Shown: piece after piece, positions 36,551 through 49,105 of the stretch
Numbering within the stretch: the stretch's first letter is position 1
Layout of the letters: every line of letters starts with the position of its first letter
Source of the DNA: Octopus vulgaris
Lineage: Eukaryota
Assembly: GCA_951406725.2 (NCBI GenBank)
Contig: OX597818.1
Coordinates: 97,402,001 to 97,466,000 of the forward strand
DNA: 64,000 bases
Direction of reading: 5' to 3'
Notes under the pieces: model-generated
What the model was told of the DNA's origin: nothing
The model's input: only the letters and a program-made list of their open reading frames with translations
The model's database searches: none
Made by a program: the position numbers and the translations under genes

Positions 36551-36990
36551 TCATCATCATCATCATTTAACGTCTGCTGTCCATGCTAGCATGGGTTGGA
36601 CGATTTGACTGAGGACTAGCAAACCAGATGGCTGCACCAGGCTTCAATCTGATCTGGTAGAGTTTCTATAGCTGGATGCCCTTTCTAATGCCAACCCCTC
36701 TGAGAATATAGTGGGTGCGTTTACGTGCCAGTCAGGCAACGGCCATGCTCAAATGATGTTTTTTACATGCCACCTGCACAGGAGCCAGTCCAGCAGCACT
36801 GGCAACGACCTCGTTTGAATGCTTTTTCATGTGCCAGTAAGGCAATGCTGGTAACGATCACACTCAACTGGTGCTTTTTACATGTTACCAGCACCGAAGC
36901 CAGTTAGCTGCTCTGGCAACTATCATGCTTGAATGGTGCTCTTAGCACTCCACTAGCATGGATGCCAGTTATCGAATTTGATTTCGAATG
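36551..36990 (-). mobile_element. SINE family C, long copy with internal tandem subunits
   Basis: Same structure as 7868-8255. Confidence 0.85.
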
Positions 36991-37499
36991 TGAATGAATG
37001 AATGAATAAATAAAAACGGGATGGTCGTGTCTGGAATGCTTTTGATCATAAATCTGCTCAATTGTGCTTGATATGGTAGTAAGTAATAAGAATGGTTTTC
37101 AGATTTATGCACAAGGTCAGTCAGTTCCATCAATTTCAGTACTTGTTTGGTACAATAGAAGTGTGAGCAAAAGTAGGTATACAGTTGCTTAATAAGAGTG
37201 GAATGTTTTCATCTTTTATCCTAAAAAAGAAATGAAAAGAACATTCCACTCATATTAAGTAACTTTTACCTACCCCTGTATTTTATCACTCCTGAAAGGG
37301 TGACAGGCAAACTTGACTTTCATGAGATTTGAACTTGGGAAATAAAGAGTTGGAACAAATACTGCAAACCGTTTTTCCTAATGATCTAATGATTCTGTTA
37401 AACAAATTATCAATAATATATACAATAAGACAGATTCAAATAAGTCAGATGTTTGTTTCTAAAATATGGCTGAGAAAAGGATTATTGGATTTATCTTAC

Positions 37500-37536
37500 C
37501 TGGTGCTCCTCCAAGGTGGAAATTTTGAATTGCAAT
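37500..37536 (-). CDS. KY/hillarin-like gene, 37-nt exon
   Basis: TCTCTACAG|ATT GCA ATT CAA AAT TTC CAC CTT GGA GGA GCA CCA G|GTAAG, phase 0 to 1. Confidence 0.7.
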
Positions 37537-38062
37537 CTGTAGAGAGAATTAAAATTCAACATTTGCAATTTAATAAATTTAATAAAATTCTATATATATA
37601 TGTATGTATTACATAATGATTTTAGGACTATTTTACAGCATTGGAGAATTTAGAGATATTTTTTTACGAAGTTGCACTAATGTAAATGCAGTTGTAAATA
37701 ATAATATATATTGGTCTTTGTGACTGAATTTAGTAGACAGAAAATGAAAAACTTGGTGGGTGGGTAAGTGAGAGAGAGAAAGTGAATGAGTCATTGTCAT
37801 TTAACGTCTGTTGTCCTTGCTGGCATGGGATGGACAGTTTGACCAAAGCTGGAGAGCTGCACCAAACTCCTGTCTTATCTGGCATGGTTTTTATGTTGTA
37901 TGCCCTTCTTAATGCCAACCACTTTACAGAGTGTGCTGGGCGATTTTTACATGGCATGGCCTAAGCGCTTTCATCTGGCATCAGCATGAGTGTGTACGCA
38001 TACACATGTATACTTGTGTGTAGGAGTATCTCTCTTAGTCTTGATACATGACAGTTGTAAAC

Positions 38063-39084
38063 AGGCACAGGAGTAGCTGTGCGGTAAGTAACTTGCTTAC
38101 CAACCACATGGTTCTGGGTTCATTCCCACTGTGTGGCACCTTGGGCATGTGTCTTCAAATATAGCCTCGGGCCAACCAAAGCCTTGTGAGTAGATTTGGT
38201 AGATGGAAACTGAAAGAAGCTCGTCGTGTGTGTGTATATATATATATATATGTGTGTGTGTGTCTGTGTTTGTCCCCGCAACATCGCTTGACAACCGATG
38301 CTGGTGTGTTTACATCCCTGTAACTTAGTGGTTCGGCAATAAGAGACCGATAGAATAAGTACTAGGCTTCCAAAGAATAAGTCCTGGGGTCGATTTTCTT
38401 GACTAAAGGCAGTGCTCCTGCATTGTCACAGTCAAATGACTGAAACAAGTAAAAGAGTAAAAGAAATGTCATCATTATACAAGTGAAGTTTCCAATCTTC
38501 CATGAAAGCATATCTAGCTGTGTGAAAATATTACCTTACTTGGAAACAAGCGGAGATTGTAGACAGGAAGGGAATCTGGTTATGGAAAATTTGCTTCAAC
38601 AAGCACGGGAAAGTGGACATTGAAGTCATGATGATTGTAGCTACATTTATGTTTGAGCAACTCCATAAAGACTTGGTTTTGGGTGCAGTTCTACTATGTA
38701 GAAACTAAGTAGCTTGCTTATGAACCACATGGTTCTGGGTTCAGTCCCACTGCATGGTACCTTGGGCAAGTGTCTTCTACTATAGCCTTGGGCTGACCAA
38801 AGCCTTGCGAGTGGATTTGGTAGACAGGAACTGAAAGAAGCCGGTCGTGTGTATGCGTATGCGTGTGTGTGTGTGTGTGTGCGTATATGTTTGTGCCTGT
38901 GTGTCCCCCCCAACATTGCTTGACAACTGATGCTGGTGTGTTTACGTCCCCGTAACTTAGTGGTTTGGCAAAAGACTCCAATAGAATAAGTACTAGGCTT
39001 ACAAAGTCCTGGGGTCGATTTTCTCAACTAAAGGTGGTGCTCCAGCATAGCCGCAGTCAAATGACTGAAACAAGTAAAAGAGTA
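38063..39084 (+). mobile_element. Two SINE family A copies (38063-38464 and 38707-39084)
   Basis: Family consensus, plus orientation. Confidence 0.9.
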
Positions 39085-39166
39085 TAATTCCAAGCTTACC
39101 AAAGCCTTGCAAGTGGATTGGATAGAGAGAAACTGAAAGAAGCCTGTCATATATGTTTGTGTGAGC

Positions 39167-39526
39167 AGGGCTAGATAGAGACCAGTAGAGGGCCTAAGTT
39201 CTTAAAAGATTTTGGTGCCCCCAAATATATGTAATTCAAAATATAAACAAAACTAACAGTAAAATAGAAAATAATATTTATTATTGTATACTTCCACATT
39301 ATTTATATTTTAAGTTTTCTACATTTTCAATTGCACAGTCTCTAATCAGAATCTCAATCTTATGTAACACATCTACTTCTATACTTAGTAGGAATAAGGT
39401 ACCTTGAATATTATTTTAGCAAGTTTAAAGTTATTTCTTTCATGCTGTTGTAAACCATTTACCATTTTATTTTGGTGGTGTCTCCTAAGCCCTAAGATTG
39501 TTTTGCTTAATGGTTAATCCAGTGCT
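39167..39526. mobile_element. Degenerate hAT-like MITE
   Basis: Ends CAGGGCTAGAT.../...TTAATCCAGTGCTG with an AT-rich interior. Confidence 0.45.
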
Positions 39527-39854
39527 GTGTTTGTGTGTGAGTTGGAGCATGTGAGTGTGTGCGTGTGTCTCCTTGTCTTAACATTACATGATCGTTGTAA
39601 ATGAACAGCATTTATTTTCAATATTCTGCAAAATCGTCTGACCATGGGTAAATATAATCTTGCTTGGAAGATGGTAAGAGATGGTGCCAGGAAGGGAATC
39701 AAGCTGTTGAAAATCTGCCTTAATAAATTCCACCTGACCCATGAAAGCACGGAAAAGTAAATGTTATGATGAACACCGAAGATAAAGAAGTGGAACAAAT
39801 AGTGTAATACATTTTGTTCATGTTGCAATGATTCTGAGAATATGATTTGTAATA

Positions 39855-40206
39855 CTTTTACTTGTTTCAGTCATTTGACTGGGGTCATGCTGGAGCACCA
39901 CCTTTAGTTGAACAAATCGAACCCAGGACTCATTCTTTGTAAGCCCAGTACTTATTCTGTTGGTCTGTTTTGCGGAACTGCTAAGTTACAGGGACGTAAA
40001 TACACCAGTATTGGTTGTTAAGCGATGGTGGGAGGACACAAACACACACATACATACATACATACACACATATATGTATATGTGATGGGCTTCCTTTAGT
40101 TTTCGTTTACCAAATCCACTCACAAAGCTTTGGTTGGCCCAAGGCTATTGTAGAAGACACTTGCCCAAGATGCTATGCAGTGGGACTGAACCTAGAATCA
40201 CGTGCC
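39855..40206 (-). mobile_element. SINE family A
   Basis: Reverse complement of the consensus. Confidence 0.88.
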
Positions 40207-41322
40207 TATAAAAACCAGAACTTTTGGGAGGAATGGTCAATTATATATAAACCCCCTTTCAGTGCTTCTTGTATACTTAATTCATCAACCACAAAAGAAT
40301 GAAAAGCAAAGTTGACTTTGGTGAGATTTGAACTCAAATGTAAACATGGAAAGACATGTTTATCATTGTAAAAATTCTGACATGACACTACTGTCACCCA
40401 CAAAACGTCACAAAGTAAATATTACAAAACGCTTATTCAGCACTTACTTTTCAATCCCACTACACTAATAATAAGTGCCATAGAAATTCCTATTGTCACA
40501 TTTACCTTCACACTGCTGAAAGCCTAGTCAATAACCCTAAACATGGAGCCCTTATTGGGTGCTGTTGGCCAGAGAAGACTGGGCTCAAAACTCATGATCA
40601 AAGTGGTGGTCTCTGGACCAGCACCAGTCTGAGCCATCAGCTGCTGGTATGCGGTGAGTTTCCAGAAAAGAAACATTATAAAATGCTTGTATAAAATAAA
40701 GTATTATTTGTTTACAAAATAAACATAAGATAAAAGAAAATTGTCAACTTTTATTATATTCATTATATATATATTGTTTCTGGTATAAATTAATATTACT
40801 AAGAAATATACCAATCCCTGGTATAGTGGCAAAGAAAAAAAAACTGCTGGTACACCACTTCAGATAGTTTGAGAAGCACTGCTGTAGACTTCTGTGAACT
40901 AATGAAAGCTTTGATATTAATCTACATTACTTTGTACCAAAATACCTGTTTTTATATTTGTTGAAGCTGGTACCTAGAGACCAAGTAATGGGTTTTGATG
41001 AATATTGAATTGTAGAGTAGAGCTAAGCTCTCAGAGTACCAACACTGTGATTCAATTTCATCCCTCACAGTAACCATTTTATGTAAGTCATGTACGTATG
41101 TGTGTGTGTGTGTCTTTCTGTTTGTGTTTGTTCCCTACCAGTTTGCCAACTGATGGTTTGTTTATGTCTCTGTAACTTAGTGATTCAGCAAAGGAGTCTA
41201 ATAAAGTATCAGATCTAAGAAATAAATGCTGGAGTCAATTTGCTCAACTAAACCCTTCAAGGTGGTGCCCCAGTCTAGTGACTAAAACAAGTAAATGGTA
41301 ATGCCTTAAATGTGTTATAAGA

Positions 41323-41368
<46 letters not shown>

Positions 41369-41370
<2 letters not shown>

Positions 41371-41746
41371 TTTTACTCTTTTACTTGTTTGTCATTTTGA
41401 TTGCGGCCATGCTGGAGCACCGCCTTTAGTTGACCATATCGACCCCGGGACTTATTCTTTGTAAGCCCAGTACTTATTCTATCGGTCTCTTTTGCCGAAC
41501 TGCTAAGTTACGGGGACGTAAACACACCAGCATCGGTTGTCAAGCAATGCTAGGGGAACAGACACACAAACACACACATATACGACAGGCTTCTTTCAGT
41601 TTCTGCCCACCAAATCCACTCACAAGGCATTGGTCGGCCCGGGGCTATAGCAGAAGACACTTGCCCAAGGTGCCATGCAGTGGGACTGAACCCGGAACCA
41701 TGTGGTTGGTTAGCAAGCTACTTACCACACAGCTACTCCTGCGCCT
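41369..41746 (-). mobile_element. SINE family A, full length
   Basis: Reverse complement of the consensus, with the head ending ...ACTCCTGCGCCT. Confidence 0.92.
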
Positions 41747-41756
41747 ATATATATAT

Positions 41757-42111
41757 ATATATTATATAAAGCTGAAGTTGTCTGTGTGTGTGTGGCAGGT
41801 TTGGTAGCCTTCAACTAACACTATCTCCTCCGAGAACCTGCAGCGCTAGTTGACCAAAATTGAGAGTATGATAGAAGAATGTTAAGACCAAAAATTATTT
41901 ACATCAAAAAGGTGCTTTTTTCTATGAAAATCCCTATTTTTTACGATTTTTTGACTGTTGTGTCACCATTTATCGGTGTATTTCAACCAGAAAAATGTTC
42001 ATTTAAAGAGAATAACAAGTTACATAATGCAAAATTTTTACTTTTCAAAAATTCCAATTCTAAAGGGTCGAAAAGAAAACAAACCCAAGCAATGCTGGGC
42101 TATACTGCTAG
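41757..42111 (+). mobile_element. Non-autonomous Helitron
   Basis: 5' ATATTATATAAAGCTGAAGTTGTCTGTGTG. 3' hairpin CCCAAGCAATGCTGGG (42084-42099) followed by CTAG|T (42108-42112). Inserted in (TA)n with no TSD. Confidence 0.8.
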
Positions 42112-42169
42112 TATATATATATATATATAGGTTAGAAAAGAACAAGGCAAAATCAAAAGGTATAAGTAC

Positions 42170-43210
42170 CTCATCTTCTTCAATTGTTTTTTCAATAGAA
42201 GCTACTTGTTGGAGCAGTTTCTCTGTAAGGTCCTCTTGTTTCTTTGGCTCTTCTCTTACAATAATCTCCTCCTCTTTTACTTTTTCTTCCAGATTTCTTT
42301 TCATTCTCAAAGGAACCTTTGGTTTTACTTCTTTCCCTCGTAGTTCTGATAGTCTTTCAACTAAACTGTCTTTGCTGTCATCCACAAAAGAAGGACAGGC
42401 ATTTACCAGTCCAACAGTCTCTGCTCCTATTATCTCTTCTGCCTGTCTCACATTGTCAACATTTTCTTCAGATTCATCAGACTCAGGACCATTCTGGTTC
42501 TGAGTCAGAGCGCTTTTAAAGAAATCATCAATTTCTTCTTCTTTTTCTGAAATAGGCGTCAGTCTGACACCATGTTTATCAAAATTAAGATGATAGTCCG
42601 AGTGATTGCCAACATTGTTGTCATAGTCTTCATCACTGTCATCATCACTCTCATTAACACCATCAAGCTCATTTAAATTTATGTCAATTTTGGGAAGTGT
42701 TCGCTTTTTGATGGTTGGTCTGATTTTTACCGGTGACATGCCTAGATTATAATTGTCATTTTCATTTCCATTGACAGGTCCATTGTCAAGTATTGCTACA
42801 TTTGACTGCCTGTCATTGACTTCACTAAAAAAATCAACAAAGGCACCATTTATATTTCTTTCATAATTATGACTCTCTAACACATCTCCATATGTTACAT
42901 CTCTCTCATCACGAACAGTGTTTTCAGTACCATTTTGCGTTAAATGTTGTGGTACTTCAGGCAAGCATTGGTCCAGTTGTTGAATAGCATCATTATCCAA
43001 CTGCTGATCCATCAGCTTCAAGTGGTCCTCATTCAAATTCTGTAATTTCATCTTTGCCATTCGTTGAATCATATGAATCATTGACCGATCTTTGCGCATG
43101 CTTTGCAGGTGTTTCTTGCGAGAGAGATGCTCTACATACTCCTGTTCAGCATTCTCACGAGATGCTCTTTGCTTGCGGAACTCCTCTCTCAAAACATGAG
43201 ATGGAACAAC
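42170..43210 (-). CDS. KY/hillarin-like gene, 1041-nt exon (coiled-coil/acidic low-complexity region)
   Basis: TTTTCTCTATAG|GTT acceptor and GAG|GTACTT donor, phase 0-0, fully open (VVPSHVLREEFRKQ...TIEEDE). Confidence 0.85.
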
Positions 43211-44100
43211 CTATAGAGAAAAAGAAGAGAAAGAAGAACATAAACACAAATAATAAAAAAATGTATTTGATTCTGTATTATCTATGTTTAATATATGAAT
43301 AATCACTATAGGCACAGACGTGGCTGTATTCAATACCCTTGCATAGCATGAGGGACAAGTGATTTGTAAGAAGTTTGGCATTGAAATTCAGTCAGAAGAT
43401 TGCAGCCAGGTTCTGGTACCACTTTCATGGGTTTTTATTTAACTGTATCAGAAACATCAATACTTGTTTTAATTTGGTTTTTGTTTTATCAATATCTATT
43501 TGTTGAACCAGTAAGTTACAGTTTTGAAATAATTGAAAATAGTTGAATGTTGGTAACTTAAACACACAAACACACACTCTCTCTCTCTCCCTCCCTTGAT
43601 TAGCTTCCCCAGTTTCCACCTACCTAGATGCACTTACAAGACATTGGAGAAAATATAGTCAAAGTGGTAAAATATATAATGAGAAAAGCCCTAAGTTGGT
43701 GCACTGAGCAAAAATATCTTACGCTATTTACTCCATCTGAGTTGTACAGATGTCACACTTGTCACTTTTGTCGTTGAAAATCTATAACCAATGACATCAG
43801 TCTTCAGAAAATATATGATAAATAAATAAACCATTGCCATTAATGTCCATTTCCCATGCTGGCTTGGGTTGGGCAGTTTGACAGGAACCCATGAGTTATA
43901 AGGCTATGTCAAGATTCAATGTTAACTTTGGCCTGGTTTCTCTGGCTGGATGTCCTTCCTAACACCATTTTACAGAGTGTACTTTTTTTGGTGGTGGTGG
44001 TGGTGGGAGGCACCAGCATTAGCTTGCAAAATAGAAAAGAACAGGGAAAGGAGGAGGGAAGTCATTATTTCCACTTAATCACACCAACCAAATAAACAGA

Positions 44101-44273
44101 GGTGCAGGAGTGGCTGTATGGTAAGTAGCTTGTTTACCAACCACATGGTTCTGGGTTCAGTCCCACTGCGTGGCACCTTGGGCAAGTGTCTTCTACTATA
44201 GCTTCAGGCTGACCAAAGCCTTGTGAGTGGATTTGGTAGACGGAAACTGAAAGAAGCCCGTCGTGTATATGTA

Positions 44274-44306
<33 letters not shown>

Positions 44307-44507
44307 GTGCGTTTGTCCCCCCCCACAACATCGCTTGACAACTGATGCTGGTGTGTTTATGTCCCCGTAACTTATTGTTTCGGTAAAAGGGACCGATAGA
44401 ATAAGTACTAGGCTTACAAAAGAATAAGTCCTAGGGTCAATTTGCTTGACTAAAGGTGGTGCTCCAGCATGGCCACAGTCAAATGACTGAAACAAGTAAA
44501 AAGAGAG
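44101..44507 (+). mobile_element. SINE family A, full length, about 28 bp from an exon donor
   Basis: Family consensus. Confidence 0.92.
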
Positions 44508-44534
44508 AATAAAGAGAGGAGGGAAAAATGTTAC

Positions 44535-44875
44535 CTCAAAGGAGACTAATGCCTCAAAGGAGCGTACAGCACTGGACTGCCGGGCAGCTATGGAAATGAT
44601 ATTCCCAGAAGCTTTTGGAACAATGGTCCCAGTCCATTTGTCTTTTTCACCTTTCTCTAAGTAAATCCAGTTTTGGTCTTCGATTGTAGCAACAGATTCA
44701 GCGTTTGGTACGACAATGGCTATCTTTATATTCTGACCTTCTGCTATTTGATTTACAGCTGGTGAAAGGATATTGTATGTATCCTTACAGGCTGAATATT
44801 TCTGTGGATATGGTAAGCATTCAGTCATTGGCCAAAAAGTTTCAAGAACTGAACAGAATACTTTTGGGTAGCCAC
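44535..44875 (-). CDS. KY/hillarin-like gene exon (C-terminal beta-sandwich repeat)
   Basis: TTTCCACAG|GT acceptor in phase 1. GYPKVFCSVLETFWPMTECLPYP...WTGTI...EALVSFE|GTAAC, phase 0. Confidence 0.88.
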
Positions 44876-45284
44876 CTGTGGAAAGCAGAAAATGTTAAGG
44901 GTGGAAAGTGTAAAAATTAGTCAGTAGCAGAAAATGCAAAAAATAGTCCAGCAGTAAAAATGTACAAAGTAAAATAATAAAAATGGTCCAGCAGAGAATT
45001 AGTTGAGATGAAAAAAGTAAAAAAAAAAAAAATAGTCATGAGTGGAAAAAGGAAAAAAATTAGTCAAGAGTGGAAAACATGAAGATTAGTTAAGAGAAAA
45101 AGGCTTTCAAAGCTTGCTGTCGAAATATTACCAAACTTTTCAGCATACATGTCAATGTATGTAATATATATATATATATATATAATGTAAACATTCAAAT
45201 ATCGTCACTTTCTTTTCTAATATTGTTGCATTTCACATGGAATTTTGGGTCCTCCAAAGTTGTCTCAGCATTTTTTTGGCAGCT

Positions 45285-46285
45285 TATAGGGGAGGGGTCT
45301 AGTTGATTACATCGACCCCAGTGTTTCACTGGTATTTAATTTATCGACCTCGAAAGGCTGAAAGGCATTGTCGATCTCAGCAGCGACCATATATAATCAT
45401 TTCTGCTAAAGGTACAAGACCTGAAATTTGAGGGTGGGAAGGGGACTAGTCGATTAAATCTACCCCAGTGTTTCACTGGTACTTATTTTTATCAACCTTG
45501 AAATGATGAAAGGCAAAGTTGATCTCAGTGGGAATTTGAACTCAGAATGGGAAGATGGATGAAATGCTGCTAAGCATTTTGCCCAGCTTGCTAATGAATC
45601 TGCCAGCTCGTCCCCTTATTAATAATAATAATGATGATAATAATAATAATGGTTTCAAATTTTGACACAGTCAACAGCTTTGGGGGATGGGGTAAGTCGA
45701 TTACATCGACCCCAATGTTTAACTGGTACCTATTTTATCAACCTCGGATGGATTAAAAGCTATGTCGACCTTGGCAGAATTTGAACTCAGATCGTTAGGA
45801 CAGATGAAATGCTGCTAAGCATTTGGCCCGGCATGCTAATGATTCTGTCAGTCCACCACCTTTATTATAATAATAATAATCCTTCCTACAAAAGGCACAA
45901 GGCTTGAAATTTTGGAGTAAGGAGGATGGGTTGATTACATCCATTCCCAGTATTTTACTGGTATCTAATTTATCAACCCCGAAAGGATGAAAGGCAAAGT
46001 CGACCTCAGTGGAATCTGAACTCAGAATGTAGCAATGGGCGAAATACCCATTTCTTTACTACCCACAAGGGGCTAAACACAGAGAGGACAAACAAGGACA
46101 GACAAATGGATTAAGTCGATTATATCGACCCCAGTGCGTAACTGGTACTTATTTAATCGACCCCGAAAGGATGAAAGGCAAAGTCGACCTCGGCGGAATT
46201 TGAACTCAGAACGTCTTTAAGGCGGACGAAATGCTGCTAAGCATTTTGCCTGGAGTGCTAACGATGCTGCCAGCTCACTGCCTTT
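45285..46285 (-). mobile_element. Tandem array of about 5 SINE family B copies separated by (AAT)n
   Basis: Repeated TACATCGACCCCAGTG...AAAGTCGACCTCGGCGGAATTTGAACTCAGA units, all in the same orientation. Confidence 0.9.
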
Positions 46286-46322
46286 ATATTAATTATAATA
46301 ATAATAATAATTTCCTACATAC

Positions 46323-46739
46323 CGTCCTCTGAGTTAAGTTTGGCGAATAGATCAAAGCGGTAAAATCCAGGTGACGGACATCTTATGGCGAAGCTTACGA
46401 TATCTCCATTTCGATAATAGTATGTATAATCAGAAACGTCAGTGAAAGTGTTCTCCGATTGGTGAATAAGCTTACAGAAGTAATCAATATTGGCTGGGAT
46501 TTTAATTTGAAAAGAACACTGGCCTGTAGTGGAGATTCTTTGATATCCAGGGCCATCTTCGATAAAGTGGAGACCTAACGAGCGGAACTTCCCCATTGAT
46601 CCAACTTTGTCGTTTGTCACCGATGGGTAGGGGTATACAACACCCAGGTCCTCGTTGCATCTCAACATGTAATTGCAAATATTGGAGAATTCGTTGTCAT
46701 TTGGGTCGTTCTTGGCATACATTTGCAGTGCATACTGAC
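46323..46739 (-). CDS. KY/hillarin-like gene exon
   Basis: CATTTCAG|GT phase 1. GQYALQMYAKND...ICNYML...FAIRCPSPGFYRFDLFAK..D G|GTATGT, phase 1. Confidence 0.9.
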
Positions 46740-46934
46740 CTGAAATGATGAATATAGAATAGGTGACAACATACAACAATATCAAAAACAGTGATTCATT
46801 AATAAACAGTAACGTCAACCAGAACAACAATGTCAGTAATGAAGCTGAGGAAGGAGCCGCTATATGGTTGCTTGACATGCTGGAAATAAGGGCCAAATCT
46901 TCCTCAGTTACTTTATTACTATCTGTGTCATTAT

Positions 46935-47153
46935 TACCCAGAAGGGGCTAAACATAGAGGGGACAAACAAGGACAGACAAACGGATTAAGTCGATTATAT
47001 CGACCTCAGTGCGTAACTGGTACTTATTTAATCGACCCCGAAAGGATGAAAGGCAAAGTCGACTTCCGCGGAATTTGAACTCAGAATGTAGCGGCAGACG
47101 AAATACCGCTAAGCATTTCGCCCGGCGTGCTAACGACTGTCAGCTCGCCGCCT
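46935..47153 (-). mobile_element. SINE family B
   Basis: Family consensus. Confidence 0.9.
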
Positions 47154-47529
47154 TTATTACTATCATTAAGGAAAATATTAGATTAGCGATCCCCAACCTT
47201 TTGTGCACCATGGATCTATTTCATGCAAGACAATTTTTGCACAGACGAAGGACAATGCATAAATCAAAACACAAAGTGTAATAATATGTAATTTAAGTAT
47301 TGGTTTAAATTTTGGTCCAAGGCCGGCAATTTTGGGGGAAGAGATACGTTGATTATATCGATTCCAGTGCTCAACTGGTACTTATTTTATTGACCCCACA
47401 AAAGATGAAAGACAAAATCGACTTCGACAGAAATTAAACTCAGAACGTAAAGATAAAAAAAGTAAGATATTACTACGCATTTTACCCAGTGTGCTAACTA
47501 TTCTGCCAGCTCACAACAACGTTCAACCG

Positions 47530-47800
47530 GTACAACTTGAACACTTTGTTCCGGTTCCTCTGAGACGAAGAAGCTGCACACTTTGAACTAATCCGACGTG
47601 AGAAACTTGAGGAAAAGAGACGTCAGCGTCGTCTCAGACTCACCAACAACATAATGGCCAAATCTCTTGTCATCTGTGTTCAAAGACAAGCCATTCCAAG
47701 ATCGGGCAGTTTTCACATCTATCAACCCACAAAATGTAAGATACGACTCCTAGAGGACAACAAGTCGTCTTCAACATTGACGGACAGCTTTAAGCTAAGC
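47530..47800 (+). mobile_element. Probable RTE-LINE 3' fragment
   Basis: Reads like a degenerate RREKLEEKRRQRR C-terminus and ends GTCGTCTTCAACATTGACGGACAG-(CTAAG)n. Confidence 0.45.
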
Positions 47801-47841
47801 TAATGATTACATATGTGATACATATATATTACATATATATA

Positions 47842-47996
47842 GGCGCAGGCGTGGGTGTGTGGTATGAAGGTTGATTCCCAACGACATGGTTTTGGGTTCA
47901 GTCCCATTGTGCGGTACCTTGGGCAAGTGTCTTCTACTATAGCCTCGGGCCGACCAAAGAGTGGATTTGGTAGACGGAAACTGAAAGAAGCCCGTC

Positions 47997-48049
<53 letters not shown>

Positions 48050-48258
48050 TGTGTGTGTGTGTGTGTGTTTGTCCCCCCCCCCAACATCGCTTGACAACCG
48101 ATGCTGGTGTGTTTATGTCCCCCGTAACTTAGCAGTTCGGCAAAAGAGACCGATAGAATAAGTACTAGGCTTACAAAGAATAAGTCCTAGGGTATGCTCG
48201 ACTAAAAGGCGGTGCTCCAGCATGGCCACAGTCACATGACTGAAACAAGTAAAAGAGT
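47842..48258 (+). mobile_element. SINE family A
   Basis: Family consensus with long (TA)n(GT)n. Confidence 0.9.
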
Positions 48259-49105
48259 ATGAAGAACCCAGTGATTTAACATTGATAAAAGTACATATAA
48301 ACTTCAATTCCAATTCGGTAGATTCCGCAAGCAATTTAGCTTCCAATTTGTAACGTGTGTGCGAAGCGAATTTCGTTGTCCAAATATGTGGGTATGTTTA
48401 AATGTCAAACAGCGTTCTTTAACACTAATACAAGTAGGGAATATAGCGGATATATAAGAATAAACATTGATTTATCTGCTGTATTATCCGCCGAAAATAG
48501 AATTAATTATTTAATCTTTTGTAATCAGAGGTATCCATCAGCAAACAGGTGACTTCCGGAATAGTGGTGATGGGGCAATAAGATGGCTGTCGTAACATTT
48601 TATATCTTTTCCAATCGAGATAACCGCAGCTGGAAATGGAAACGACTCCCAAGTTGAAATATTTGTTCGCTTTGCATGTGTATTTTTTTAATGATACCAC
48701 AAACCATAAAGAGAAGACAGTTCGGTAGTGAGTGAAAGACAGAAATGCCGCGAGGAATATTTAGTTTACTAAAAGAGGGGACAGATATTTATATATGATA
48801 ACTGTATGATATGGAGATTAGTAACTTTTTAAACAAATATACTTTAGTATAGGTAATATATATAAGGCCCCACTCCCACATCCTTCTGTCATATTTCTGT
48901 TAGCATACAACGCCTTTGTTTCAATTAAATTTGAAAAGAATGAATTTAGTAAAATTAAACTAGTGTTTGGAACAAATTAACCAGGTTTGCTTGAAAGTAA
49001 TTTAGCTCACTTAAAAAAATTGTATAGGGCTACGTGCAGTCTCAGACAGATAGGGAAAATAACTAGCAAAACGCATATAAACAGATATAAGATAAAGTGA
49101 TTTAC

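Noticed and set aside
45285-46285. Repeat-spacer appearance suggestive of CRISPR
   Set aside because: Units are about 200-bp SINE copies in eukaryotic DNA with no cas genes.
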